In this document: in pieces, positions 24,136 through 33,167 of the stretch
Layout of the letters: each line of letters begins with the position of its first letter
How positions within the stretch are numbered: the first letter of the stretch is position 1
Virus record (IMG/VR): IMGVR_UViG_3300030606_000030
Location: 1-35,435 of that record
Direction: 5' to 3' (one strand)
DNA length: 35,435 nt
Origin: a virus
Lineage: Duplodnaviria; Caudoviricetes
Program-made: the position numbers and the translations under genes
Notes under the pieces: generated by a model
Seen by the model: the letters and a program-made list of their open reading frames with translations, nothing else
Told to the model about the DNA's origin: nothing
The model's database searches: none

Positions 24136-24501
24136 ATGGGCAAGTGCTGCGCCGACATCCGCGCCTGCGACCTGCGCCAGACCATCGTAATCCAGGCCGA
24201 GAGCGCGGCCGCTGACGGCGGCGGCGGCTTCGGCAACCCGTGGGCCAGCCCGACGACGGTCGCCACTCTGCGCGCCTGCGTCGAGCCCCTGAGGGGCTTC
24301 GAGCGGCTCAGGGCGATGCAGCTCGAAAGCCCGGTCACTCACCGGATCACCACCCGCTACAAGGCGGGCCTGAAGCCCGAGCACCGGATTAAGTTCGTGA
24401 AGGACGGCGCGACCCGCTATTTTAACATCCGGTCGATCGTGAACATCGAAGAGCGGAATCGCTGGATCGAGATCATGGCCGAGGAAGGGGTGGCGCTGTG
24501 A
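24136..24501 (+). CDS. Head closure protein (SPP1 gp16-like)
   Basis: LRQTIVIQ..DGGGG..W..VEPLRGFE..THRITTRY..FNIRSI. Confidence 0.9.
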   Translation: MGKCCADIRACDLRQTIVIQAESAAADGGGGFGNPWASPTTVATLRACVEPLRGFERLRAMQLESPVTHRITTRYKAGLKPEHRIKFVKDGATRYFNIRSIVNIEERNRWIEIMAEEGVAL

Positions 24502-24665
24502 GCGAGGAATCCGAGATCCTCGAAGGGCGATTCCTGGAAGTGGCGATCCCAGTCGAATTCTGGTTGAGCATCAGCGTAGACCGCATGTGCGAACTTTTGG
24601 AAGGCGCACCTTTCGAAGACGCGGAAACGGCCCTGGTGCTGCGCCTCGCGGGGCGGCTCAATTGA
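24498..24665 (+). CDS. 55-aa hypothetical protein inserted in the neck module (not in ORF track)
   Basis: GTG 24498 to TGA 24665, overlapping both neighbours by 4 nt; SEESEILEGRFLEVAIPVEFWLSISVDRMCELLEGAPFEDAETALVLRLAGRLN. Confidence 0.55.
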   Translation: MSEESEILEGRFLEVAIPVEFWLSISVDRMCELLEGAPFEDAETALVLRLAGRLN

Positions 24666-25108
24666 GCGTCCGGGTCAAGATCATCGGGCGGGATCGGCTC
24701 AATGCCAAGTTCCGTCGTCTGCCTGTCGACCAGGTGACCGGCGTCGGGCGGGCCGTAGCCCTGAGCGCCCTTGAGGTCCAGGGCGAGGCGCGGAAGTCGA
24801 TCCAGCGCGGCCGGCGCACCGGCGTGATCGTCCGGAAGGGCGGCAAGCGCCATCAGCGATCGGCGCCGGGCGAGCCGCCCAAGACCGACACCGGGCGCCT
24901 CGTTTCCAACATCTTCGCGATCCTCGATGCCAACCAGTTGGGGGCTGAAATCGGCACCGATATCCGCTATGGTCGGCACCTGGAGTTCGGCACCCGGAAA
25001 ATGCAGCCGCGGCCCTGGCTGCATCCTGCCTTCGAGCGTATGAAACCGAGGATCGCGAAGCGCTTTGCCAAATTCTTCAAAGACGCCAACCGGAAATCCG
25101 GACGATGA
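24662..25108 (+). CDS. HK97 gp10-family neck protein
   Basis: TTG start; SAPGEPPKTDTGRL, YGRHLEFGTRKMQPRPWLHPA. Confidence 0.9.
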   Translation: MSVRVKIIGRDRLNAKFRRLPVDQVTGVGRAVALSALEVQGEARKSIQRGRRTGVIVRKGGKRHQRSAPGEPPKTDTGRLVSNIFAILDANQLGAEIGTDIRYGRHLEFGTRKMQPRPWLHPAFERMKPRIAKRFAKFFKDANRKSGR

Positions 25109-25254
25109 GAAAGTCGAGCCGCTCAGGAAGCGCGCGCCGTTCCGGCCGAAGCGTGAGAAGGGCGTTTCGATCGGCTTCGGCATTGACGGCGGCGACTTGG
25201 TCGAGCGCCTCCCCGATGGGACGATCCGGCGTACGCCGCTGAGGCCGCCCGAGG

Positions 25255-25698
25255 ATGACCGCTGATTCCCAATGGGCCTTGCAACAGGTGATCTATTCGA
25301 CGCTGCGTGCCGACGCCACGCTCAAGACCCTGACCGGCGCCGATCCCGCCCGTGTGTTCGATCATGTGCCGCAGACCACCTGGGAGGCGCCCAATGCGAG
25401 CGGGATCTTCCCCCCCTACGTGGTGGTGGGCGAGACGGAAGCCCGCGAGTGGGACACCAAGACCGAGGACGGCATGGAGCAGACGCTCATGGTGCATACC
25501 TGGTCGCGCGGCCGAGGCATGAAGGAGCCAAAGCAGATTATGGGTGCGATCGTGGACGCGCTGGACCAGGTGGCGCTCAGCGTGACCGGCCATGATCTCG
25601 TGCAGTTCCGCTTCGAGTTCTCCGAGACCTTCCTCGAGGACGACGGGCTGACGCGCCACGGCGTGCAGCGGTTCCGGGCGCTGACGGAGGCGGCATAG
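25255..25698 (+). CDS. Tail completion/terminator protein (DUF3168)
   Basis: ALQQVIYSTL, VFDHVP, PYVVVGE, VHTWSR, HGVQRFRA. Confidence 0.9.
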   Translation: MTADSQWALQQVIYSTLRADATLKTLTGADPARVFDHVPQTTWEAPNASGIFPPYVVVGETEAREWDTKTEDGMEQTLMVHTWSRGRGMKEPKQIMGAIVDALDQVALSVTGHDLVQFRFEFSETFLEDDGLTRHGVQRFRALTEAA

Positions 25699-26114
25699 TG
25701 CTGTTCGCTTTTGATCGCGACTACACAGTCGATTGCGCGGAAGATCCCGGTCCAGTGCCCCTCGCTTGGCTGAAAGCGCTGAAGCCCAGCCATCTGTGCT
25801 GGGCAATCGGCAATCCCAAGCTCGGCCTGGAAGCAGGAATCGCAACGCATCACACGATAAAAGAGCTGTGCGCGAATCGTGGCGTTCATGTGGAGATGCC
25901 GACAGTCTCAGTTGGCCATCTCCATGAGAAATGGCATTCCAATGCGGAAGGAAAGATCAGACGGATGTTTCGATTGTCGGCGCTCTATCCAGATTCTTGT
26001 CGCGTCGTGGTCGACGACATCGATCTCAGCACCATGCCAGGATGGCTTTGGGTTTCGCCGCGAGGATTCGTGGCGCCCGGCTTGGACTTCTGGCTGAGAC
26101 TGGAGGCGGCGTGA
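25698..26114 (+). CDS. Small HAD-like protein
   Basis: N-terminal FAFDRDYTV (DxDxT) and late VVVDD; lower GC. Confidence 0.55.
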   Translation: MLFAFDRDYTVDCAEDPGPVPLAWLKALKPSHLCWAIGNPKLGLEAGIATHHTIKELCANRGVHVEMPTVSVGHLHEKWHSNAEGKIRRMFRLSALYPDSCRVVVDDIDLSTMPGWLWVSPRGFVAPGLDFWLRLEAA

Positions 26115-26278
26115 TTTCCGAATGGTCCGGGTGGCTGTGGCTACTCTTGTTGGCAGGATTTATCGGCTGGTGGTTCTGGAGTGCTGGCGGGTCGCCGCCC
26201 AAGGATGCCAAACGGCACAAGACGGCGCGAAAGGCGGCGCGGCGATTGCGCATGCGCTTGCCGTGGGAAGGGCTGTGA
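26111..26278 (+). CDS. Small membrane protein
   Basis: GGAGG RBS, GTGA overlap; WLWLLLLAGFIGWWFW followed by a basic tail. Confidence 0.55.
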   Translation: MISEWSGWLWLLLLAGFIGWWFWSAGGSPPKDAKRHKTARKAARRLRMRLPWEGL

Positions 26279-26284
26279 AGTGAT

Positions 26285-26602
26285 ATGACCCCCGACGAAT
26301 GGCTCGCCCAGGGCCGCAAGGACCATGATACTGGCGTGCCGCGCGTGGCGGCGCCGAGCGCCGAAGGCACCGAGGCTGGAGACCACTGGCGGGCGGGATG
26401 GGACGCCGCGGCAATCGAAGATGAGCAGGCTGAACCCGAGGCCATGGAAATCCTGCCGGTGCGGCTTGAACTCCGCGACGGCCGCCTATTGCTGACAGAC
26501 GCGCGCGGGCGCGCGATCGGCAGCCAGGTCGGGCTCGTGGTCGAGCAGGGCGAGGAGCTGACGGCCTCGGTCACCTTCGCCGGGCTGATAATCGCTACGT
26601 GA
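26285..26602 (+). CDS. Hypothetical protein
   Basis: 105-aa ORF with GTGA overlap to the next gene. Confidence 0.65.
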   Translation: MTPDEWLAQGRKDHDTGVPRVAAPSAEGTEAGDHWRAGWDAAAIEDEQAEPEAMEILPVRLELRDGRLLLTDARGRAIGSQVGLVVEQGEELTASVTFAGLIIAT

Positions 26603-27288
26603 CGGTTCCATACTGGTCGGTCCCGCGCCTGTGGCCGGGCGAGACCGTCGCGTTGATCGCGAGCGGGCCGAGCCTCACAGAAGACCAGGTGCTCATGCTG
26701 CGGGGCCGCGTCCCGGTCATCGTGGTCAACGACAGCTACCTCATGGCACCGTGGGCGGATATCCACTATTTCGCCGACGCGAAGTGGTATGAGTGGCACC
26801 GAAACTATGAGAGTCCAGCGCAGCACCTCTTCGGCCGCGAGCGGGCCTTGGCCCTCTTCCACGGCTTCCAGGGCGCACGCGTCACGATCGAGAACCATCA
26901 GGCCAAGATCCGCGCCCATGAGCCGGGCGTGAAGGTGGTCCGCAACGATAACCACGCGCCCGACTGCCCGAAACCGCCCGAGGGCCTGTGCCTGAAGCCG
27001 GACGGGGTGCGTACGGGATCGAACAGCGGCTACCAGGCGCTCAACCTGGCGGTCCATACCGGGGCGAAACGGCTGCTGCTGCTCGGCTACGACATGCGGG
27101 AGTCCGACGGCAGGACGCACTGGTTCGGCGACCATCCTCGCAAGACCAGCAGCGCCGAGCAGTTCGTCCCGGCCTTCCGGACGCTGGTCGAGCCGCTCCG
27201 GAAACTCGGCATCGAGGTCGTCAATTGCACGCCGGGATCGGCGCTCGACTGTTTCCCGAAACGAGCTTTGGAAGAAACGCTATCATGA
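26599..27288 (+). CDS. MAF_flag10/MptE-like (GT29/GT42-related) glycosyltransferase-like protein
   Basis: ALIASGPSL, VIVVND, ADIHYFAD, NSGYQALNLAVHTGAKRLLLLGYDM, VVNCT. Confidence 0.8.
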   Translation: MTVPYWSVPRLWPGETVALIASGPSLTEDQVLMLRGRVPVIVVNDSYLMAPWADIHYFADAKWYEWHRNYESPAQHLFGRERALALFHGFQGARVTIENHQAKIRAHEPGVKVVRNDNHAPDCPKPPEGLCLKPDGVRTGSNSGYQALNLAVHTGAKRLLLLGYDMRESDGRTHWFGDHPRKTSSAEQFVPAFRTLVEPLRKLGIEVVNCTPGSALDCFPKRALEETLS

Positions 27289-27620
27289 CAGAACGTCAAA
27301 TGCGCACAGTCTATATTTATCAAGGATATCCGCCCAATTGGATGGACGAATATGGTAACGAGACGAATCTTCCCGCCCTCAAGACATGGCTTGATGAGCA
27401 AATCGGAAAGATTCCGCCGGAATATCGTGAGACAGCACGCTTCGGCGTCAACAGCGTTTCCGAATGGTGGGAGGCACACTATGCCGAAATCACTATCACT
27501 TATCGCCGCCCCGAAACGGATGCTGAAATGGCAGGGCGCCAACAGAGACAGACCGATTGGGTGGAAAATCGCCAAACCGAATTAAGACGCGAGCTGTCAC
27601 GGCTCGAACAGCACGAATAA
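27285..27620 (+). CDS. Hypothetical protein, lower-GC insert
   Basis: ATGA and TAATG coupling; YRRPETDAE..ELSRLE C-terminus. Confidence 0.7.
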   Translation: MTERQMRTVYIYQGYPPNWMDEYGNETNLPALKTWLDEQIGKIPPEYRETARFGVNSVSEWWEAHYAEITITYRRPETDAEMAGRQQRQTDWVENRQTELRRELSRLEQHE

Positions 27621-28450
27621 TGCCGACCGCGTTCTCGATCCTGCCGGAGCGGTTCGAGGATGGGCGCTGGCGGGCGCTGCTGGACGGCCTGAAGCGGGTC
27701 GGCTTCGAGATCGAGCATAATCCGGGATGGCGCTGGGCAGGCTTGCCGGCGGACAAGCGCCCGGCCTCGCGCCGAGACGTGCTGATTACCTGGACCCGAC
27801 ACAAGGGTCCGATCGAGGCAACCTGCCGGAAATTCGAGGACCAGGGCGGACGCGTCATTGTCGCTGAGGAGGCGCACCTGCGCCGTCTGCCGAACGGGCC
27901 CTATCCGGCCGATCAGTATTTCAGCCTGTGCCTCAATGATCATCAGACCTTCTGGCGCAGCGACGGGCCGGCCCGGTGGGCGAGCTGGAACGTGAAGATC
28001 GCACCGTGGCGGACGGACGGGGACAAGATCCTGGTGCGCGAGCAACGCGGCATCGGCTCGTCAGATGTGGCCTGCGCGCCAGACTGGCACGCCAGAACTG
28101 CGGCGGAGCTGCGGCGCTATACCGACCGGCCGATCGAGATCGTGGAGCACCCAAAGAAACTGAAGCGGCGAGGCATAGCGGTGCCGAGGCCGGAGGAACA
28201 GTTCGCCGATGCATTCTGCGTCATCACCTGGAACTCGCACATGGGCACGATGGCGCTGCTGCACGGCGTGCCGGTTATCGCCTGCGGGCCGAAATTCTTC
28301 GTGTCGACGGCGGCCGGACGGGATATCGCCCAAGTCGATGATCCATCACGACCGGAGACGCGAGAGGCGGCCTTCGCCCGCTTCGCCTGGGCGCAATGGG
28401 CGATGAGCGAGATCCGCTCCGGCGAGGCGTTCCGGAGGCTGCTCGGATGA
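27620..28450 (+). CDS. KpsS/KpsC-like (capsule synthesis, GT-B) glycosyltransferase
   Basis: IVEHPK; CVITWNSHMGTMALLHGVPVI; AWAQWAMSEIRSG. Confidence 0.7.
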   Translation: MPTAFSILPERFEDGRWRALLDGLKRVGFEIEHNPGWRWAGLPADKRPASRRDVLITWTRHKGPIEATCRKFEDQGGRVIVAEEAHLRRLPNGPYPADQYFSLCLNDHQTFWRSDGPARWASWNVKIAPWRTDGDKILVREQRGIGSSDVACAPDWHARTAAELRRYTDRPIEIVEHPKKLKRRGIAVPRPEEQFADAFCVITWNSHMGTMALLHGVPVIACGPKFFVSTAAGRDIAQVDDPSRPETREAAFARFAWAQWAMSEIRSGEAFRRLLG

Positions 28451-29244
28451 CCGTCACCTGCTACCCCTCGCCCGGCAAGAAGAAGGGCCTGATGCTGTGC
28501 GAGGCCTTCGCGCAGGGCTGCGGCGGCCAAGTAGCGGCACTGGGCGATCCCGTTCTACGCGACGGGGCGGGGTTCTTCTACGGCTGGACTGATTACACAG
28601 CGCCGCTGATTGCCCGCTGCAAGGCTGAGGGCCGGACCTGGTTCTACTGCGACAATGCCTATTATCTCGGGCGCCATACTTGGTTCCGGGTCACCAAGAA
28701 CGCCATGATGCACGACGGCTCAGGCCAACATGGGCTGGAACGCCTGAAGCCGTTTGGAGTCGAACTGAAGCCGTGGAATCTGACCGGCCGGAACATCGTC
28801 ATCACCAGCCAGAGCGAGGTTCACTATACCGCCCGGCTCGGCACGACTCGGGACGCCTGGACGGCGGCAGTGATCGCCGAGTTGCGGTGCCACACCGATC
28901 GCCCGATCAAAGTCTGCCACAAGCCTGATGCCAAGTCTTCCGGCAATGCCTACGCGGCACCGGGCTTCGAGGCGGAGCTCGCCGATGCCTGGGTGGTCGT
29001 GGCGCACTGCTCCAGCGCCATGGTGAAGGCGCTGATCGATGGTGTGCCGGTGTTCTCGCTGGCATCCTCAATGGCGACCCGCATGGGGCGCTCGGATCTC
29101 GCGCAGATCGAGGATCCCCACTACCCGAACGACCGCATGCAATGGCTCGCGAACCTCGCGGCCAATCAGTGGACCCGGGACGAGATGCGCGACGGCACCT
29201 GCTGGCGCGCGCTGCAGACGCAGACGATGGAAATTGCGGCATAG
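28447..29244 (+). CDS. KpsS/KpsC-like glycosyltransferase, paralog 2
   Basis: YCDNAY; VVVAHCSSAMVKALIDGVPVF; AANQWTRDEMRDG. Confidence 0.7.
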   Translation: MTVTCYPSPGKKKGLMLCEAFAQGCGGQVAALGDPVLRDGAGFFYGWTDYTAPLIARCKAEGRTWFYCDNAYYLGRHTWFRVTKNAMMHDGSGQHGLERLKPFGVELKPWNLTGRNIVITSQSEVHYTARLGTTRDAWTAAVIAELRCHTDRPIKVCHKPDAKSSGNAYAAPGFEAELADAWVVVAHCSSAMVKALIDGVPVFSLASSMATRMGRSDLAQIEDPHYPNDRMQWLANLAANQWTRDEMRDGTCWRALQTQTMEIAA

Positions 29245-29253
29245 GAGATCGGC

Positions 29254-29889
29254 ATGGCGAAGGCGATGCGCTACGGACAGATCCTCGGGCTGATCGAGCA
29301 GGTGAAGCCCGAGACGATCATCGAGATCGGCGTGTGGAACGGAGTCCGGGCGACCGAGATGGCGCTGGCCGCGCTCGCCCACAGTCCGCGCGTCCACTAT
29401 ACCGGCTACGACCTCTTCGAGGAGGCGACCGAGGAAACTAACCGGGACGAGCTGAACGCCAAGCGCAACTGCACGCTGGCCGACGTCGCCGCGCGGCTCG
29501 AAGCCTTCGGGCGCGACAATCCCGGCTTCAGCTTCGGTCTCGTGAAGGGCAACACGCGCGAGACGCTCAAGGAGAAACACCTCGTCGCCGACTTCGTCTA
29601 CATCGACGGCGGCCATTCGGTCGAGACCATCCGCTCGGACTACGCGGCGGTGAAGGACAGCCCGGTCGTAGTGTTCGACGATTATTACAAGCCGGATGCT
29701 GAGGGGAAGGGTGCAGATCTGGCCAAATTCGGTGCGAATGAGCTCATCGACGGCATCCGATGGTCTGATCACGACTATCTCGAAGCCGAAGTGCTGCCTT
29801 CGACCGATCCATTGAACGTCGGCGGCACGGTGCATCTGGCGGTCGTGCGGCACTTTCCGAATGAGCCTTCCGAGCCTGCCGTTTCGTGA
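29254..29889 (+). CDS. Class I SAM methyltransferase (Methyltransf_24-like)
   Basis: IIEIGVWNG, GYDLFE, DFVYIDGGHS, VVFDDY. Confidence 0.88.
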   Translation: MAKAMRYGQILGLIEQVKPETIIEIGVWNGVRATEMALAALAHSPRVHYTGYDLFEEATEETNRDELNAKRNCTLADVAARLEAFGRDNPGFSFGLVKGNTRETLKEKHLVADFVYIDGGHSVETIRSDYAAVKDSPVVVFDDYYKPDAEGKGADLAKFGANELIDGIRWSDHDYLEAEVLPSTDPLNVGGTVHLAVVRHFPNEPSEPAVS

Positions 29890-30427
29890 GCGCGGCCAAG
29901 GCGGCTGGTTCACGATCCCCAATATCCAGGATGGCGAGCGGACGCTCGAAGAAGGCATCCGCGGCATTGAAGTGCTGCGCCACGAGGCGCGCCATGCCCG
30001 GGTGCTGGATCTCGGCTGCGCCGAGGGCCTGATCGCGCGCTGGTTCATCGAGGCGGGGGCGCAATCGGCCGATGGCATCGACATTGATCGCAGGGCGCTC
30101 GCGCTTGGCCATGCGCTCGCCGAGCGACCGGATGGCCGGAAACTGCATCTCTGGTGGGCGGACTTCGACGATCCCGCGACCTGGCCGGGCCTCAAGATCG
30201 ACTACGACATCGTGATGTGCCTCTCGGTCTTGCACAAGCTGAGGAACCCGGCGCCGCTGCTCGATCTCGCCATCGCAAAGGCGTGCCGCTGGCTGGCGGT
30301 GCGCGCGCCGGCGCGCACGCTGAAGAGCGGCTTCGCCATCAAGACCATGATCGAGGAGGCCGGGTTCCGCATGGTCTCCGAGGTTATGGATATTCCCTGG
30401 GTGGGCATATTCCGAAGATGCACCTAG
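29861..30427 (+). CDS. Class I SAM methyltransferase
   Basis: VLDLGCAEG, GIDID, YDIVMCLSVLHK. Confidence 0.88.
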   Translation: MSLPSLPFRERGQGGWFTIPNIQDGERTLEEGIRGIEVLRHEARHARVLDLGCAEGLIARWFIEAGAQSADGIDIDRRALALGHALAERPDGRKLHLWWADFDDPATWPGLKIDYDIVMCLSVLHKLRNPAPLLDLAIAKACRWLAVRAPARTLKSGFAIKTMIEEAGFRMVSEVMDIPWVGIFRRCT

Positions 30428-31101
30428 ACGATCAGGTTCTCTTCGTCCATTGCCCGCGCACGTCAGGGACCGCCATCCGGCGGTCTCTTCTTTTGGGGGC
30501 CGATCCCAACGCCCGGGCGCAGTGGCCTCCCGACCTCGGCAAGCACGCCTTCGCCTCGCAGCTACGGGAACGTATCCCGGCGGAGGTGTGGGAGACGCGA
30601 TTCAAGTTCGCGGTCGTGCGCAATCCCTGGGACCGGTTGGTCAGCCTCTACCATCTTTTTCGGCGACCGACGGAGCCGACGTTTCAGGAACGGGCGGCTG
30701 GGGCGAAGTTGCCGATCAAGCTCGGCAAGTTCATGGCCGCGTTGCCAAAGGCGCCGAAGGCGGAGAAGGCCAAGCAACGGCTCTACGCGCAGCGGGCGCT
30801 CAAGCTGTCGTTCCTCGACTGGCTGAAGTTCTGCGATGACACGGGCTGGCAGGCCTGCCCCTATCTCGGCGTCGGGCCGATGACGCGAATCCCGCAGTCG
30901 CGGTGGTTCGACGGCCTCGACCGGGTGCTCCGCTTCGAGTACCGCGAGGAGATCGACGGCTTCCTGCGAGCCCGCGGCTATCCGCCGGCGGTGCCTGAGA
31001 ACGTCACGCTGCATCGGCCATGGATCGCCTACTACGATGCGCCAGCCTACGACCGGGTGGCGGCCATCTTCGCCGAGGACATCGCGCGGTTCGGCTACTG
31101 A
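30418..31101 (+). CDS. Sulfotransferase family 2 protein
   Basis: 5'-PSB LFVHCPRTSGTAI; 3'-PB FAVVRNPWDRLVSLY; C-terminal FAEDIARFGY. Confidence 0.88.
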   Translation: MHLDDQVLFVHCPRTSGTAIRRSLLLGADPNARAQWPPDLGKHAFASQLRERIPAEVWETRFKFAVVRNPWDRLVSLYHLFRRPTEPTFQERAAGAKLPIKLGKFMAALPKAPKAEKAKQRLYAQRALKLSFLDWLKFCDDTGWQACPYLGVGPMTRIPQSRWFDGLDRVLRFEYREEIDGFLRARGYPPAVPENVTLHRPWIAYYDAPAYDRVAAIFAEDIARFGY

Positions 31102-31102
31102 C

Positions 31103-31930
31103 ATGGGTTGCGGCGATGAAATCCTAGTGACCGGCGAGGCGCGGGCGCTGCAGGAGGCCGACCCGGCGCGGCGGCGGGTGCTCGTGGTGGATCGCCACAA
31201 TCGGCCGCGCTGGCATGCGCTGTGGGAACGCAATCCGCGCATCGTGCCACCGGGCAGCGAACGCAACGGCGAGCGGCTGCTGCGATTAGCTAACGCGGCC
31301 TGGACTCGACCCTATATCGACTGGCATCGCATGAAGGCGGAATTCGTGGCGATCCATCCGGGCCGCGAGTTCACCACCAAGAAGATCCGCGATCCCCGGT
31401 TGCCCTGGCGCTTCACCGGACACAAGGCCAAGCGTGGTGAACTCTATCTGGAGCGCTGCGAGAAGCGCGGCTACATCGTGATCGAGCCGCACTACAAGGC
31501 GGGCGTGTCGCCGAACAGGGACTGGGGATTCGAGCGCTATCAGCAGGTGGTCAATGCGCTGCCCGGCCTCGACTGGGTCCAGTTGAACCCAAATGGGTCC
31601 GAACTTCTGCGCGGCGTGCGCCACCTGCCGGCGGATCACTTCGCCTTGGCCTGCTGGCTGCTCTCGGGCGCGGCGCTCTACGTCGGGCCGGAGGGCGGGC
31701 TCTATCATGCTGCGGCGGCGCTCAGCGTGCCGGCAGTGGCGATCTTCGGCGGCTTCGTCAGCCCGGCCAACCAGGGCTACGACGATCCGAACTACGTGAA
31801 CCTTTACGAGCCGATGGACGGGCTAAGCCCCTGCGGTCAGCGGGTGCCGTGCCCGCACTGCAAGGACGCCATGGCGCGCATCACGCCCGAGCGGGTGATC
31901 GCGGGAGTGCGAAAGATCCTGAATGTCTGA
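31103..31930 (+). CDS. GT9 (heptosyltransferase-like) glycosyltransferase
   Basis: MGCGDEILVT; NRDWG; YVGPEGGLYHAAAALSVPAVAIFG; PCG..CPHC..MARIT. Confidence 0.85.
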   Translation: MGCGDEILVTGEARALQEADPARRRVLVVDRHNRPRWHALWERNPRIVPPGSERNGERLLRLANAAWTRPYIDWHRMKAEFVAIHPGREFTTKKIRDPRLPWRFTGHKAKRGELYLERCEKRGYIVIEPHYKAGVSPNRDWGFERYQQVVNALPGLDWVQLNPNGSELLRGVRHLPADHFALACWLLSGAALYVGPEGGLYHAAAALSVPAVAIFGGFVSPANQGYDDPNYVNLYEPMDGLSPCGQRVPCPHCKDAMARITPERVIAGVRKILNV

Positions 31931-33167
31931 CATCTACACCACTATCGCCGACTGCCGGCTGTGCGGCTGCGCCGATTTGGCCGAAGTCGTGCATCTTGGC
32001 GAGCGGCCGCTCTCGGGCACGTTCCCGCTACCGGACGAATCCGTGCCAAGCGGACCGCTCAGGCTCCTGCGCTGCCAAGCCTGCGGCCTCGTCCAGCTCG
32101 GCGAGAACTATCGCCCCGACCTGCTCTATGGAGAGAACTATGGCTACCGCTCCGGCCTCAACCGCGCCATGGTCGAGCATCTGCAGGACCTGGCTCGATA
32201 TGCAGCGCGCGTGGCTGATCTGCAGCCGGGTGACCTGGTCGTTGATGTCGGCTCAAACGACGGCACACTGCTTCGATCTTATCCGACCAAAGGGCTCTCC
32301 AAAGTCGGCATCGACCCGACCGCCGCCAAGTTCCGCGAGCACTACGAGCCGGAGGTCGAGGTCTATCCCGGCTTCTTCTCAGGCGAGGCCATCGAAGCGC
32401 TCGGTATAGCCTGCAAGGCCAGAATCGTCACCTCGATCGCCTGCTTCTACGACCTGGAGCGCCCGCTCGCGTTCGTAAACGACGTTCTGGAAGCGCTTGC
32501 CGACGATGGCATCTGGATCTCCGAGCAATCCTATCTCCCCGCGATGATCCAGGCGCACGCCTACGACACCATCTGCCACGAGCACCTGGAATACTACCGG
32601 CTCGCAGACTTCGCGTTCATCGCACGGCTCTATGGGCTCCAGATCCTCGACGTGGCGATGAACGACGTGAACGGCGGTTCGTTCCGGGTGACGCTCGCGC
32701 GCGAGGGCGCGCCCTATGTCGGCAATCCGGCGAAGGTGAACGAAACGCTCGCAGCGGAGGATCGTGATTATGGCTGGCTATGTGTGCCTCGGCCCATGCG
32801 AGATTTAGCCGGCTGGCTGCCCGGTCATCGCGACGCGCTGCTCTCGACCCTCGCCAACTTCAAGGCGCGCGGCAAGACGGTCATGGGCTACGGCGCCTCG
32901 ACCAAGGGCAATGTGCTCCTCAACTACTGTGGCATCGGGCCGGACCTGCTGCCCGCCATCGCCGAAGTGAACGAGGACAAGTTCGGCCGGGTGACGCCGG
33001 GCTCGGCCATCCCGATCATCCCGGAGGCGGAAGCGCGGGAGCGCGCCGACGCCTTCCTGGTACTGCCGTGGCACTTCCGGCGCGAGATCTGCCGCAAGGA
33101 GGAGGGGTTTCTGCTGAGTGGCGGGCAGCTGATCTTTCCGCTGCCCGAAGTCGAGGTGATCGGGTGA
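31923..33167 (+). CDS. NDP-hexose C3-methyltransferase (TcaB9/EryBIII/NovU family)
   Basis: Zn motif CRLCG..CQACGLVQL; DVGSNDG; YDTICHEHLEYY; GYGASTKGNVLLNY; LVLPWHF. Confidence 0.92.
   Translation: MSDIYTTIADCRLCGCADLAEVVHLGERPLSGTFPLPDESVPSGPLRLLRCQACGLVQLGENYRPDLLYGENYGYRSGLNRAMVEHLQDLARYAARVADLQPGDLVVDVGSNDGTLLRSYPTKGLSKVGIDPTAAKFREHYEPEVEVYPGFFSGEAIEALGIACKARIVTSIACFYDLERPLAFVNDVLEALADDGIWISEQSYLPAMIQAHAYDTICHEHLEYYRLADFAFIARLYGLQILDVAMNDVNGGSFRVTLAREGAPYVGNPAKVNETLAAEDRDYGWLCVPRPMRDLAGWLPGHRDALLSTLANFKARGKTVMGYGASTKGNVLLNYCGIGPDLLPAIAEVNEDKFGRVTPGSAIPIIPEAEARERADAFLVLPWHFRREICRKEEGFLLSGGQLIFPLPEVEVIG

Noticed and set aside
25065-25265. 66-aa ORF between gp10-like and DUF3168 genes
   Set aside because: TTG start, no clear RBS or motif; possible but unsupported
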